Origin: a virus
Taxonomy: Duplodnaviria; Caudoviricetes
Strand: one strand, 5' to 3'
Virus record (IMG/VR): IMGVR_UViG_3300020419_001132
Length of the DNA: 64,000 nucleotides
Below are positions 28,486 through 37,470 of this stretch, piece after piece (position 1 is the stretch's first letter; each line of letters begins with the position of its first letter). Made by a program: the position numbers and the translations under genes. Under the pieces are notes generated by a model that worked only from the letters and a program-made list of their open reading frames with translations, did no database searches and was not told the DNA's origin.

Positions 28486-30399
28486 ATGAGTTATAGAATA
28501 AACAGAACAGATGGAGAACTATTAATAGACCTTACTGATGGTATTATTGATATTACAACTACTGACCTTACACTTATTGGAAAAAATTATAAAGGGTTTG
28601 GCGAATATTTTAACGAAAATTTTGTTAAATTACTAGAAAATTTTGCTTCAACATCACAGCCTACAAATCCTATGGTAGGACAAATGTGGTATGACAAACA
28701 AGATTCAAGATTAAAAGTTTATGACGGTACTGTTTTTAAAGCCGCATCGGGATCAGTTGTAGCGGCCAGTCAACCTTCTAATTTAACAACAGGCGATATT
28801 TGGATAGACAATGAAAACAACAAATTGTATCTATGGGATGGTACTGATCTAGTATTAGTAGGACCTAATTATGATGCAGGCCAAGGAAAAACAGGGTTTG
28901 AAACAGCAAGTCAGTTAGATACAACTGACGTACAACGAACAATTTTAAAATTATTCTTAGGTGGAACATTAGTAGGAATTTATTCACCTGAAACATTTAT
29001 TTTACCACTTGATCAATCTATTGCAGGATTAAGTGTAGATCCTAATGACACTTTTAGCCCAAAAAGACAGAAACTTTACAAGGGTTTTAACATTGCAAAC
29101 ACTTCAACAGAAACTGCAACTGATGGTTTTTGGTGGAGAGGAACATCGGACAAAGCTAAAAAGTTAGTTGATGATGCAGGAAATGAAAGATCCGCATCAA
29201 ACTTTTTACCCACAGACGCAAACGGAGTTACAACAGGCAGTATAAGAATTAAAAATAGTGCAGGACTTAGTGTTGGCGTAGGAGATACTGAATATGGGAT
29301 ACTTAAAGTATCTGGTGCAACTACATTATTAGAAACACAACAAAGTAATGCAGATTTAGCAATAAGAGTAAGATCAGGAAGTAGCTTTTTAAACGCTTTT
29401 TATATAGATTCTTCAACATCTAGAGTTGGAATGTTTAAAACAAATCCAACATCTACGTTAGATGTTAATGGAGATGTGACAGTACAAGGAAATCTTAATG
29501 TAAAAGGAACACAGACTTTTATTGATACAGCAACTTTAAGAGTTGAAGATAAAAATATAGAATTAGGATTACAAAGTGATAGTACAGAAGGTAACGATGT
29601 AGCAGTAGACGGCGGCGGAATTATTTTAAGAAGTTCCGACGGATCTAAAGACTTTACTTGGGAAAACGGAACCGATTCTTGGACAAGTAATCAAAATGTT
29701 GATTTATCTGATGACACAACATCTTACAAAATTGCAGGAACAACAGTAGTATCAAAAAATGCATTAGGAAGCTCAATTACAAGTGCTCCTGGATTAACAA
29801 GTTTTGGTACGTTAGCAGAGCTTACTGTTGATAATATAAAATTAGACGGACAAACTATTAGTAGAGTTGGAGGTGCAGGACTAAACATTACAGCTTTAGG
29901 AGATATTACTATTGATAGTCAAAAGATTATTAGTCTAGCAGATCCTACAAATGCACAAGATGCCGCTACAAAAAATTATGTTGATACACAACTTGCGGCA
30001 AGTTCTATTATAATGTCAATGGATGTTACAGGACTTACAGATCCTAATGACATACTAACAGGTAATGGACCGACAACGTCAATTATAACAATATTAGAAG
30101 CAATGAGATCTGCAGGTAGTACATCTAACGGCACACAAGCTAAAGTTTTAGTAGTTTCGTATAGTAACAGTACAGTTTCAGGCATAAATGTTTCGGTAAG
30201 TACAGGCGGGTCAGCAGTATTACAGAAATCAACAGTTTCTGTTAGAGATGCCGCAGGTACAGGTACAGAGAGTGTAATTCAAGATGTTGTGGCTAGCAAT
30301 ACTGCAAGTGGTACAGTTTCATTAACAGCCACAAGATATGTTTATGTGTTTACAAATACAGGCGGCACATGGGCGTTTACAAGCAGGGCTTCAGTATAA
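28486..30399 (+). CDS. Tail fibre-like protein (paralogous N-terminus)
   Basis: 637 aa; N-terminus GKNYKGFGEYFNENFVKLLENFA...GQMWYD; Thr/Ser/Gly-rich beta repeats; ADPTNAQDAATKNYVD motif common in phage fibres. Confidence 0.7.
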   Translation: MSYRINRTDGELLIDLTDGIIDITTTDLTLIGKNYKGFGEYFNENFVKLLENFASTSQPTNPMVGQMWYDKQDSRLKVYDGTVFKAASGSVVAASQPSNLTTGDIWIDNENNKLYLWDGTDLVLVGPNYDAGQGKTGFETASQLDTTDVQRTILKLFLGGTLVGIYSPETFILPLDQSIAGLSVDPNDTFSPKRQKLYKGFNIANTSTETATDGFWWRGTSDKAKKLVDDAGNERSASNFLPTDANGVTTGSIRIKNSAGLSVGVGDTEYGILKVSGATTLLETQQSNADLAIRVRSGSSFLNAFYIDSSTSRVGMFKTNPTSTLDVNGDVTVQGNLNVKGTQTFIDTATLRVEDKNIELGLQSDSTEGNDVAVDGGGIILRSSDGSKDFTWENGTDSWTSNQNVDLSDDTTSYKIAGTTVVSKNALGSSITSAPGLTSFGTLAELTVDNIKLDGQTISRVGGAGLNITALGDITIDSQKIISLADPTNAQDAATKNYVDTQLAASSIIMSMDVTGLTDPNDILTGNGPTTSIITILEAMRSAGSTSNGTQAKVLVVSYSNSTVSGINVSVSTGGSAVLQKSTVSVRDAAGTGTESVIQDVVASNTASGTVSLTATRYVYVFTNTGGTWAFTSRASV

Positions 30400-30412
30400 A
30401 TGTGTTTTTGCG

Positions 30413-30419
30413 ATAAATA
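30413..30419 (+). promoter_or_regulatory. Late-promoter-like motif ATAAATA
   Basis: Intergenic, before the ATG at 30441. Confidence 0.55.
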
Positions 30420-30440
30420 AAACTATAATAGGGGTAAAGA

Positions 30441-31949
30441 ATGGCGTATACTATTAACAAATATAATACAACCCAACTTGCTGTAGTCGAAGACGGGACA
30501 ATTAATCAAACTACAGACTTAAAGCTGGTTGGAAAAAACTATGCTGGTTACGGTGAAATACAAAACGAAAATTTTGTATTCTTACTAGAAAACTTTGCTG
30601 GAGCAAATCAACCGCCAAAAGCATTAAGCGGTCAAATTTGGTTTGATACTAGTAATAGTAAATTAAAATTTTATGATGGCACACAATGGAGAACAACAGG
30701 TGGTGCAGAAGTAAGTTCTTCGACTCCTGCAGGATTATCACAAGGTGATTTTTGGTGGGATACTACTAATAAACAGTTATACGCCTATGACGGATCAAGT
30801 TTTGTATTAGTAGGACCTCAAGGAGCAGGATCTGCTGTAACACAGTTTCAAAGTAGAACAATAAAAGATAACACTGGCACAAATAGAGCTGTAATTTGCT
30901 CTATTATTGCAGATGAAGTAATACACATAATAAGTGGTATACAGTTTACAATAGGATCAACAGATGCCGCAAGTTATCCAGGATTTGATGTTATTAAACA
31001 AGGTGTAACACTTAAAAACACCATTAACAGCACCGGCGGTGTAACAAGTTCAAATCATAGATTTTTCGGTACAGCATCTAACGCAGATAAGTTAGGCGGA
31101 GTAAGTGCATCTAACTTTGTGCAGACAGGGGCGGCGACCTTTGCAAGTATGGTTGAGTTCGGCGATTTGGGTATTGCTATAGGTGCATCTAATGATTTAA
31201 AAATTAAGATTGTAAATGATGATAAAGGATTAATTTCTAACGAACAAGGTCAGCACATTTACTTCCAAGCAAATAATTCATCAGCTACATTAAAAATGCC
31301 AATGAGGCTTGAAGCTAATGCAGTTTTGCCTGGTTATAGCAATATTACTGCTTACACAGGTACAGAAACAGTAGACGTTGGAAGCTCAAGTCACAGTTTT
31401 GGCACAATGTATGCAACTACATTTAACGGATCTGCAACACTAGCACAAACCTTAGAACAAGGAGGTATAGGACGATCAGCAAGTACTTCGGCAACTGCTA
31501 ATACAATAGCCGCTAGGAATTCTACAGGCGACATATATGCTAATGTGTTTAACGGAACAGCAACTTCTGCACAGTACGCTGACTTGGCAGAAAAGTATAG
31601 AGCAGATAAGGATTACGAGTGCGGTACAGTCTTAGTATATGGTGGAGAGGCAGAAGTAACAGAGTCAGTATCATTTTGTGACAACAGATTAGCAGGAGTT
31701 GTTTCAACAGAGCCAGCACATTTAATGAATAGTGAAATCGAAGGTGTTGCTATTGCACTTAAAGGCAGGGTACCTTGCAAGGTAGAAGGTCCAGTTAAAA
31801 AAGGTGATATCCTAGTCACAGGGCCAATTAAAGGCACAGCTACTGGATTAAAGAAAGATAGTGCTATGCCAAGTTGTTTATGTGTAGTAGGTAAAAGTTT
31901 AGAAGATTGTAACGAAAGTGGTGTCCGACTCATAGAAGTTGCAGTTTAA
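30441..31949 (+). CDS. Tail fibre/appendage protein with C-terminal peptidase-G2-like autocleaving chaperone domain
   Basis: 502 aa; same N-terminal module; C-terminal YADLAEKY...GVVST.PAHLMN...IALKGRVPCKV.GPVKKGDILV. Confidence 0.7.
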   Translation: MAYTINKYNTTQLAVVEDGTINQTTDLKLVGKNYAGYGEIQNENFVFLLENFAGANQPPKALSGQIWFDTSNSKLKFYDGTQWRTTGGAEVSSSTPAGLSQGDFWWDTTNKQLYAYDGSSFVLVGPQGAGSAVTQFQSRTIKDNTGTNRAVICSIIADEVIHIISGIQFTIGSTDAASYPGFDVIKQGVTLKNTINSTGGVTSSNHRFFGTASNADKLGGVSASNFVQTGAATFASMVEFGDLGIAIGASNDLKIKIVNDDKGLISNEQGQHIYFQANNSSATLKMPMRLEANAVLPGYSNITAYTGTETVDVGSSSHSFGTMYATTFNGSATLAQTLEQGGIGRSASTSATANTIAARNSTGDIYANVFNGTATSAQYADLAEKYRADKDYECGTVLVYGGEAEVTESVSFCDNRLAGVVSTEPAHLMNSEIEGVAIALKGRVPCKVEGPVKKGDILVTGPIKGTATGLKKDSAMPSCLCVVGKSLEDCNESGVRLIEVAV

Positions 31950-31955
31950 CAAAAC

Positions 31956-31976
31956 ATAAATAAGTACGTATATAAA
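31956..31976 (+). promoter_or_regulatory. Late-promoter-like ATAAATA plus 17-bp motif ATAAGTACGTATATAAA
   Basis: Intergenic; ATAAATA at 31956-31962; the 17-mer at 31960-31976 is identical to 40792-40808. Confidence 0.55.
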
Positions 31977-31987
31977 GAGGATTAAAA

Positions 31988-32950
31988 ATGGCAACAGTTT
32001 CTTCCGGACAAACGGTTACAGCGGCGCAATATAATGATTTGCAAAGTAGAACTAACCAAATTTTAGGTACTGGTTCTGGTGACTCTGGTTACGGACAGTC
32101 ACTTACAAGTGCCCAGGTATTAACAGGAAATACCATAACAGCTACGCAAATGGACAATTTGCGTGTAGATATTAATAAATGTCATAACCACCAACAAGGA
32201 ACAGATGCAGGTATAGGAAATATCGATGCTGGACAAATTATTGGTGCAGATGCTAGTGGAACAGCACTAGGGTCGTTGACCGAAACAACTGAAGGTTATA
32301 ACGATTACGACTCAGCTGTTACAACAATCACAACAAATAGATTTTTAATTAATGAAGTTCCTGCTAATTCAACTACAGGATCTTTAGACAGTAGTGCAAG
32401 AACAAGTTCTTGGAGTACAAGTGTTAATCATGAATTTACATGTTCTTTTACAGATGCTAATCATGCTAGACATTTTTTTAACAGTGGTGGAGAGATTAGA
32501 TTTGCTTCAACGCATACAGGCGGATCAGGATCAAAGACTACAAGTTGGCAGTCCATTCAAAGTACAATGGGAACAATTAAATTTAAGTATACTTCGACAG
32601 CTCAAACAGGTACCGGCGGTACAACTACAAGCATAGGATGGTATGATTTAACAACATCTTATCAAGAAGTTTTTAGACAAAACGCAACCGGTGCAACATA
32701 TGGAGAAAACTACTATAAAATAAGTGCTAAAAGAAATTCTCCGAGCACAATTATTACTTTTAATGTTGAATATATAGATGCAGATACAGGTGATCCACCT
32801 ATTACTCCAGTTCCTTATGGAGGTACTCCTGGAGGTGTAGACGAAAGTGTATCTGGCACAATTACAAGCGTCATAACAGGCCTAAGAGCTTCTGGCTCAA
32901 ATGTTTCTGTTAATTTTCCTTCAGTATCTACTACTTCTGAACTGCAATAA
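31988..32950 (+). CDS. Putative virion structural protein (Thr/Ser/Gly-rich)
   Basis: 320 aa; Thr/Ser/Gly-rich, last gene of the fibre block, late motif and GAGG SD upstream. Confidence 0.55.
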   Translation: MATVSSGQTVTAAQYNDLQSRTNQILGTGSGDSGYGQSLTSAQVLTGNTITATQMDNLRVDINKCHNHQQGTDAGIGNIDAGQIIGADASGTALGSLTETTEGYNDYDSAVTTITTNRFLINEVPANSTTGSLDSSARTSSWSTSVNHEFTCSFTDANHARHFFNSGGEIRFASTHTGGSGSKTTSWQSIQSTMGTIKFKYTSTAQTGTGGTTTSIGWYDLTTSYQEVFRQNATGATYGENYYKISAKRNSPSTIITFNVEYIDADTGDPPITPVPYGGTPGGVDESVSGTITSVITGLRASGSNVSVNFPSVSTTSELQ

Positions 32951-32962
32951 CCAATAAAACAC

Positions 32963-32991
32963 TTGACAATATATCCATATTAGTATATACT
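32963..32991 (+). promoter_or_regulatory. Consensus sigma70-type promoter at the start of the enzyme island
   Basis: TTGACA (32963-32968), 17-bp spacer, TATACT (32986-32991); AGGAG SD then ATG at 33012. Confidence 0.75.
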
Positions 32992-33011
32992 ATTACTAAT
33001 AGGAGAATACT

Positions 33012-33347
33012 ATGGATACAAAGTTAAGCAAAGCATTGGATTTTTCCCAATATATGACTACACTAAACAATCAAAAAAGGTTGTTGTGGGAAAAATACCA
33101 AGAAAGTTTGTTATATTATTGTAATGGAGGAAAGTTTACTATAACTCCTGAACTAATAGCATATTGTAATGCCGCAGGTTATGATAATGTTGTGCTAATA
33201 GATGATAATCAATTACCCATAAAAGTTACACTGAAAGAATTTTTGTATGATATACGTGTACAATATGGAAAAGCATCTACAGAATATTATGAGCAGTACT
33301 CCAAGTTAAAAGTAAAAAGAAAAATAGAGGATTTAATTGAAGTATGA
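33012..33347 (+). CDS. Hypothetical protein (111 aa; possibly fibre-assembly/chaperone-like)
   Basis: Good SD, ATGA coupling to the next gene; no catalytic motif recognised. Confidence 0.5.
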   Translation: MDTKLSKALDFSQYMTTLNNQKRLLWEKYQESLLYYCNGGKFTITPELIAYCNAAGYDNVVLIDDNQLPIKVTLKEFLYDIRVQYGKASTEYYEQYSKLKVKRKIEDLIEV

Positions 33348-34159
33348 GTCAAGGAGTACTGTTATTTGCACACAACAGCCCTCAAATTGATTATGTAAAA
33401 CAGGCAGTATATTGTGCTAAGAAAATAAAAAAACATTTAAGTTTACAGGTAGCACTAGTAACCGATTCTAAAGCATATTTAGAACGAGCATTTCCTTATT
33501 ATTCTAATTATATTGACATTGTTGTAAGCAAACATCATAAAACAGAACAACATAGAAAGTTCTGGAATGGCACTATGTACAAAACATTGCCTTGGAATAA
33601 CTTTACAAGATGTCATAGTTACGATCTGTCGCCATTTGATAGAACACTAGTATTAGATACAGATTTTTTAGTAGGAAATAACTTGTTGCTAAAATGTTTC
33701 AGCAACAATAACTTTAAAATTAGTAGCAGTTTTATAGATTTAAATCCAAGTAGAAATGACATTACACTAAGCAGGGTAAGTGATACATCAATTAATATGT
33801 ATTGGGCAACTGTATTTTATTTTTGTAAAAATAAATTTAGCAAAACTTTTTTTAATTTAGTACAACACATACAAGATAATTGGAACTATTATAGGCTTTG
33901 TTATCAAATACAAGAAAATAACTTTAGGAATGATTTTGCATTTTCTATTGCATTGCACTTAATGGGTAATCCTCAAAAAGAATTACCTTGTAGTATATAC
34001 CTAACAACTGATAAAGACTTGCTTCTTAAAATACAAGATGATAGATATAAGATATTATTAGAGAATGAAACTTTATGTTCTGTAAACGAAACAAATATAC
34101 ATCTTATGAATAAGTTTACATTGAACGACAACATACATAAGGAGTTACAAAATGAGTAA
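33344..34159 (+). CDS. GT-A-fold glycosyltransferase-like protein
   Basis: 271 aa; YDLSPFDRTLVLDTDFLV (DxD), MYWATVFYF, FRNDFAFSIALHLM. Confidence 0.65.
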   Translation: MSQGVLLFAHNSPQIDYVKQAVYCAKKIKKHLSLQVALVTDSKAYLERAFPYYSNYIDIVVSKHHKTEQHRKFWNGTMYKTLPWNNFTRCHSYDLSPFDRTLVLDTDFLVGNNLLLKCFSNNNFKISSSFIDLNPSRNDITLSRVSDTSINMYWATVFYFCKNKFSKTFFNLVQHIQDNWNYYRLCYQIQENNFRNDFAFSIALHLMGNPQKELPCSIYLTTDKDLLLKIQDDRYKILLENETLCSVNETNIHLMNKFTLNDNIHKELQNE

Positions 34160-34973
34160 AGGATTTTGTTTTGTAGCCCAAAATAACGATACTACAGACT
34201 ACGTAAGGCAAGCATGTCTACTTGCAGTTAGTATACACAAGTTTAACAATAGTCAAAATATTTCCTTAATTACTAATGACCAAGTTCCAAAGAAGTATAG
34301 GGTATTATTTGATAAAATTATACCAATACAAAAAGATGATGCAGAAACTGCAACAAAAAAAATGCATAATCGTTGTAAGATGTATGAGCTATCACCTTAT
34401 ACACAAACTATTGGTATGGATGTAGACATGTTAGTTATGCGTGATATAACTAATTGGTGGTCATATTTAAAAAATTATGATTTATTTTTTGTAAGCAATG
34501 TGAAAACTTATAGAAACGAAACTGTTACGTCTACCTGGCATCGAAAAGTTTTTATTAATAATAATTTACCTAACTTATACAATGGAATATTTTATTTTAA
34601 AAAGTCAAAAACAGCAAAAAAATATTTTGATTTACTAAAAATTATTACACAGAATTGGGAAACATTTTATAAAGTTTACTCTCCTATCAAAATGCAAAAG
34701 TTTTATAGTGTAGATGTTAGTACAGCTATTGCCTGTAAAATTTTAGGAATAGACAAGCAAGTATGCGATCCTAATAGTTTTATTAGTTTTGTTCATATGA
34801 AACCAGCTTTACAAAACTGGAGAGAATCCTGTCTAAATTGGACAGATAAAGTGGATTGGTCTGTAAATAATAGCAAAGAACTTATGGTAGATAACTTTAT
34901 ACAAAACAATGTATTTCATTATGTAGAAGATAAGTTTTTAACAGACGAACTTATAAAGGAACTTGAAACATGA
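34152..34973 (+). CDS. GT-A-fold (GT8-like) glycosyltransferase
   Basis: 273 aa; YELSPYTQTIGMDVDMLV (DxD), LPNLYNGIFYFKKS, FVHMKP; paralogous to the upstream gene. Confidence 0.7.
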   Translation: MSKGFCFVAQNNDTTDYVRQACLLAVSIHKFNNSQNISLITNDQVPKKYRVLFDKIIPIQKDDAETATKKMHNRCKMYELSPYTQTIGMDVDMLVMRDITNWWSYLKNYDLFFVSNVKTYRNETVTSTWHRKVFINNNLPNLYNGIFYFKKSKTAKKYFDLLKIITQNWETFYKVYSPIKMQKFYSVDVSTAIACKILGIDKQVCDPNSFISFVHMKPALQNWRESCLNWTDKVDWSVNNSKELMVDNFIQNNVFHYVEDKFLTDELIKELET

Positions 34974-35542
34974 GTTGTTTTGCATATTTTAATGAAGACA
35001 CGGGCGAAGTTACAGAAATAACTAGCGAAAAAGATAGCACACGTCTTTATATAGAAATAGATGATGCTCTTGCAACAAGTTTTTTAAATGCAACAGAAAG
35101 TATGTTGGATTGGATTGTAACAACTGACAGTGATAACAAGTATGTAATATCAAAAAAACAAAAAAATAAAAAAGAAGTAATAACAAACAATAGTATTTTT
35201 CCATTAAAAAGATTTAACAAAATACAAGAAACACAAGATGTATTTCAAGTTATACAAATAGGAACAAAATGGTTAGGTTATGCAAGTTTAACAAACGAGT
35301 GTAGAGATTTTTATAAACGTAGTAAAGATTATTTTGGACAATATAAGGTTTTGTATGTTACAGAAAAAGGCGATAAAAGAAAACTATTAGAAACTATTTC
35401 TGTTGACTTTGAAAATTTTTTTACTGATACTAAGTTTGAAATACAAGCAGAGACATTAAAAGATTGTGACCTGTATATTGCTTCAGGAAATGATAATTTT
35501 ATACATGTAAGGTGTGATAATGAGCATGAAATACTTTACTAG
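34970..35542 (+). CDS. Hypothetical protein (190 aa)
   Basis: ATGA-coupled ORF inside the GT operon; no motif recognised. Confidence 0.5.
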   Translation: MSCFAYFNEDTGEVTEITSEKDSTRLYIEIDDALATSFLNATESMLDWIVTTDSDNKYVISKKQKNKKEVITNNSIFPLKRFNKIQETQDVFQVIQIGTKWLGYASLTNECRDFYKRSKDYFGQYKVLYVTEKGDKRKLLETISVDFENFFTDTKFEIQAETLKDCDLYIASGNDNFIHVRCDNEHEILY

Positions 35543-35891
35543 AAAGATGATAGCCCACAAAGACTTAAACAGTAATGGGACTCTTTTTGGCGGTCGTGTA
35601 CTTGACTGGATTGATGAGGAAGCATATATTTACTGTAGCTGTCAATTAGATAATGACAGAGTAGTAACAAGAAGTATGAGTAATATTGATTTTCTGCATA
35701 GTGCAGTAAGAGGAGATATTATTGAAATAGGCATGGAAACAGTGAAGCTAGGAATTACAAGTATTACAATTAAATGTAACGTAAGAAATAAACGTACAGA
35801 AAAAACAATTACCAGTGTTGATAAAATTGTATTTGTAAACTTAGGACCTGATGGTAAGCCTGCACCACACGGAGTAACAAATGAAAGTTAA
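35526..35891 (+). CDS. Hotdog-fold acyl-CoA thioesterase (YciA-like)
   Basis: MKYFTRKMIAHKDLNSNGTLFGGRVLDWIDEEA...VVTRSMSNIDF...GDIIEIG...GITSITI; likely start at ATG 35526 rather than GTG 35514. Confidence 0.8.
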   Translation: MKYFTRKMIAHKDLNSNGTLFGGRVLDWIDEEAYIYCSCQLDNDRVVTRSMSNIDFLHSAVRGDIIEIGMETVKLGITSITIKCNVRNKRTEKTITSVDKIVFVNLGPDGKPAPHGVTNES

Positions 35892-37470
35892 CGTTCCAGA
35901 CTGTGATGTAGTTTATTTGTCATATGACGAACCTAATGCAGAAAAAAATTATGCAGATCTTCTAACAAAAGTTCCTTGGGCAAAACGTATACACGGAGTT
36001 GAAGGATCAGATGCGGCACACAAGGCATGTGCAGAAATATCAGAAACACAGCGTTTTATAACTATAGACGGTGATAATATGGTTAAGCCAGAATTTATAA
36101 ATCAAAGTGTAGAGTTTGTAGCAGGTTCAGATATTTCTAAAAATGTAATAAGTTGGACAGGATATAACAAGATTAACGGATTGATGTATGGCAACGGCGG
36201 AATAAAATGTTGGGATAGAGATACTGTGTTAAACATGAAAACACACGAAAATGCAGATCCTGATAACATACAAGCACAAGTTGATTTCTGTTGGGATTTA
36301 GAATACATTCAAATGGATGATTGTATGAGTATTGTTGAAAATAACTATAATTCCAAACAAGCATGGAGAGCTGGTTTTAGAGAAGGTGTAAAAATGTGTT
36401 TAATTGAAGGAGAAAAACCTTCCTTAGATGACCTTATAAATGTTCATTGGAAAAATATGCACAGACTATTTGTTTGGACAATGGTAGGGGCAGATGTTAA
36501 AAACGGGCAGTGGGCAATATACGGTGCTCGTGAAGGATTTTACAAAACGATGCTAACAGATTGGGATTATATAAATGTAAGAGATTTTGAATACCTTAAT
36601 GAATATTGGAAAAACAAAATAACTACTGAAGATACTGTATATGACAAGATAGAAGAATACGGAGAAGAACTTATTAACCAGATACAGGTACCTATAAGTC
36701 AATTACCACTGGACGAAGGTGGTAGCAAATTCTTCAAAACATTATATCAAAATCCTCCACGTATAACACATCATACTGTATTACCTAAAGATAGTGGACA
36801 GTATGATATTATAATGTTATCGTATGGAGAACAAAATTCTAATGAAAATTTTGCAAAACTTAAACAGCGTTTCCCTCAAGCAAAACGTATACATGGAGTA
36901 AAAGGTATTGCAAATGGACACATTGCTTGTGCAGAAATAGCAGATACAGATATGATGTGGATTGTAGACGGAGATGCAGAAGTTTTAGATAATTTTAATT
37001 TTAATTATGTAGTACCAGAGCATGAAAAAGATGCTGTCCATGTATGGAGAAGTGTAAATCCTGTCAACGACTTAGAATACGGATACGGTGGAGTAAAACT
37101 TTTACCGGTAGAGCTAACAAAAGAAGTGGACACAAGTAGTGTAGATGTAAACACCAGCATTAGTACAAAATTTAAAGTCATGAAAGAGGTAAGTTGTGTT
37201 ACTAAGTTTAATACAGGCCCGTACGAGGCCTGGAAAAGTGCATTTAGAGAATGTTCAAAATTAGCAAGTAAGGTAATAGATCGACAGAAAGAGGATGAAA
37301 CAAATGCCAGACTTAAAACTTGGACGACCGTGGGACACGATAGATTATATGGTGAATATGCTCTGGCAGGCGCTACCGCTGGTATGGAGTTTGGCCTTTC
37401 TGGGGGGTCTGATCTTCAGTTGATAAACGATTTTGATTGGTTAAAGGAAAGATTTGATGAACAATTCTGA
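35881..37470 (+). CDS. Tandem-duplicated GT-A-like glycosyltransferase
   Basis: 529 aa with two homologous halves (LSYDEPNA..KRIHGVEG..AHKACAE..IDGDN and LSYGEQNS..KRIHGVKG..GHIACAE..VDGDA), each with a DGD motif and AWxxxFRExxK. Confidence 0.6.
   Translation: MKVNVPDCDVVYLSYDEPNAEKNYADLLTKVPWAKRIHGVEGSDAAHKACAEISETQRFITIDGDNMVKPEFINQSVEFVAGSDISKNVISWTGYNKINGLMYGNGGIKCWDRDTVLNMKTHENADPDNIQAQVDFCWDLEYIQMDDCMSIVENNYNSKQAWRAGFREGVKMCLIEGEKPSLDDLINVHWKNMHRLFVWTMVGADVKNGQWAIYGAREGFYKTMLTDWDYINVRDFEYLNEYWKNKITTEDTVYDKIEEYGEELINQIQVPISQLPLDEGGSKFFKTLYQNPPRITHHTVLPKDSGQYDIIMLSYGEQNSNENFAKLKQRFPQAKRIHGVKGIANGHIACAEIADTDMMWIVDGDAEVLDNFNFNYVVPEHEKDAVHVWRSVNPVNDLEYGYGGVKLLPVELTKEVDTSSVDVNTSISTKFKVMKEVSCVTKFNTGPYEAWKSAFRECSKLASKVIDRQKEDETNARLKTWTTVGHDRLYGEYALAGATAGMEFGLSGGSDLQLINDFDWLKERFDEQF

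Noticed and set aside
878-32636. Short alternative-frame/antisense ORFs within structural genes (e.g. 5354-5686, 9719-9985, 16405-16836, 20857-21285, 27216-28052)
   Set aside because: Fully nested in long motif-bearing ORFs; hydrophobic shadow composition; no SD or family motifs.
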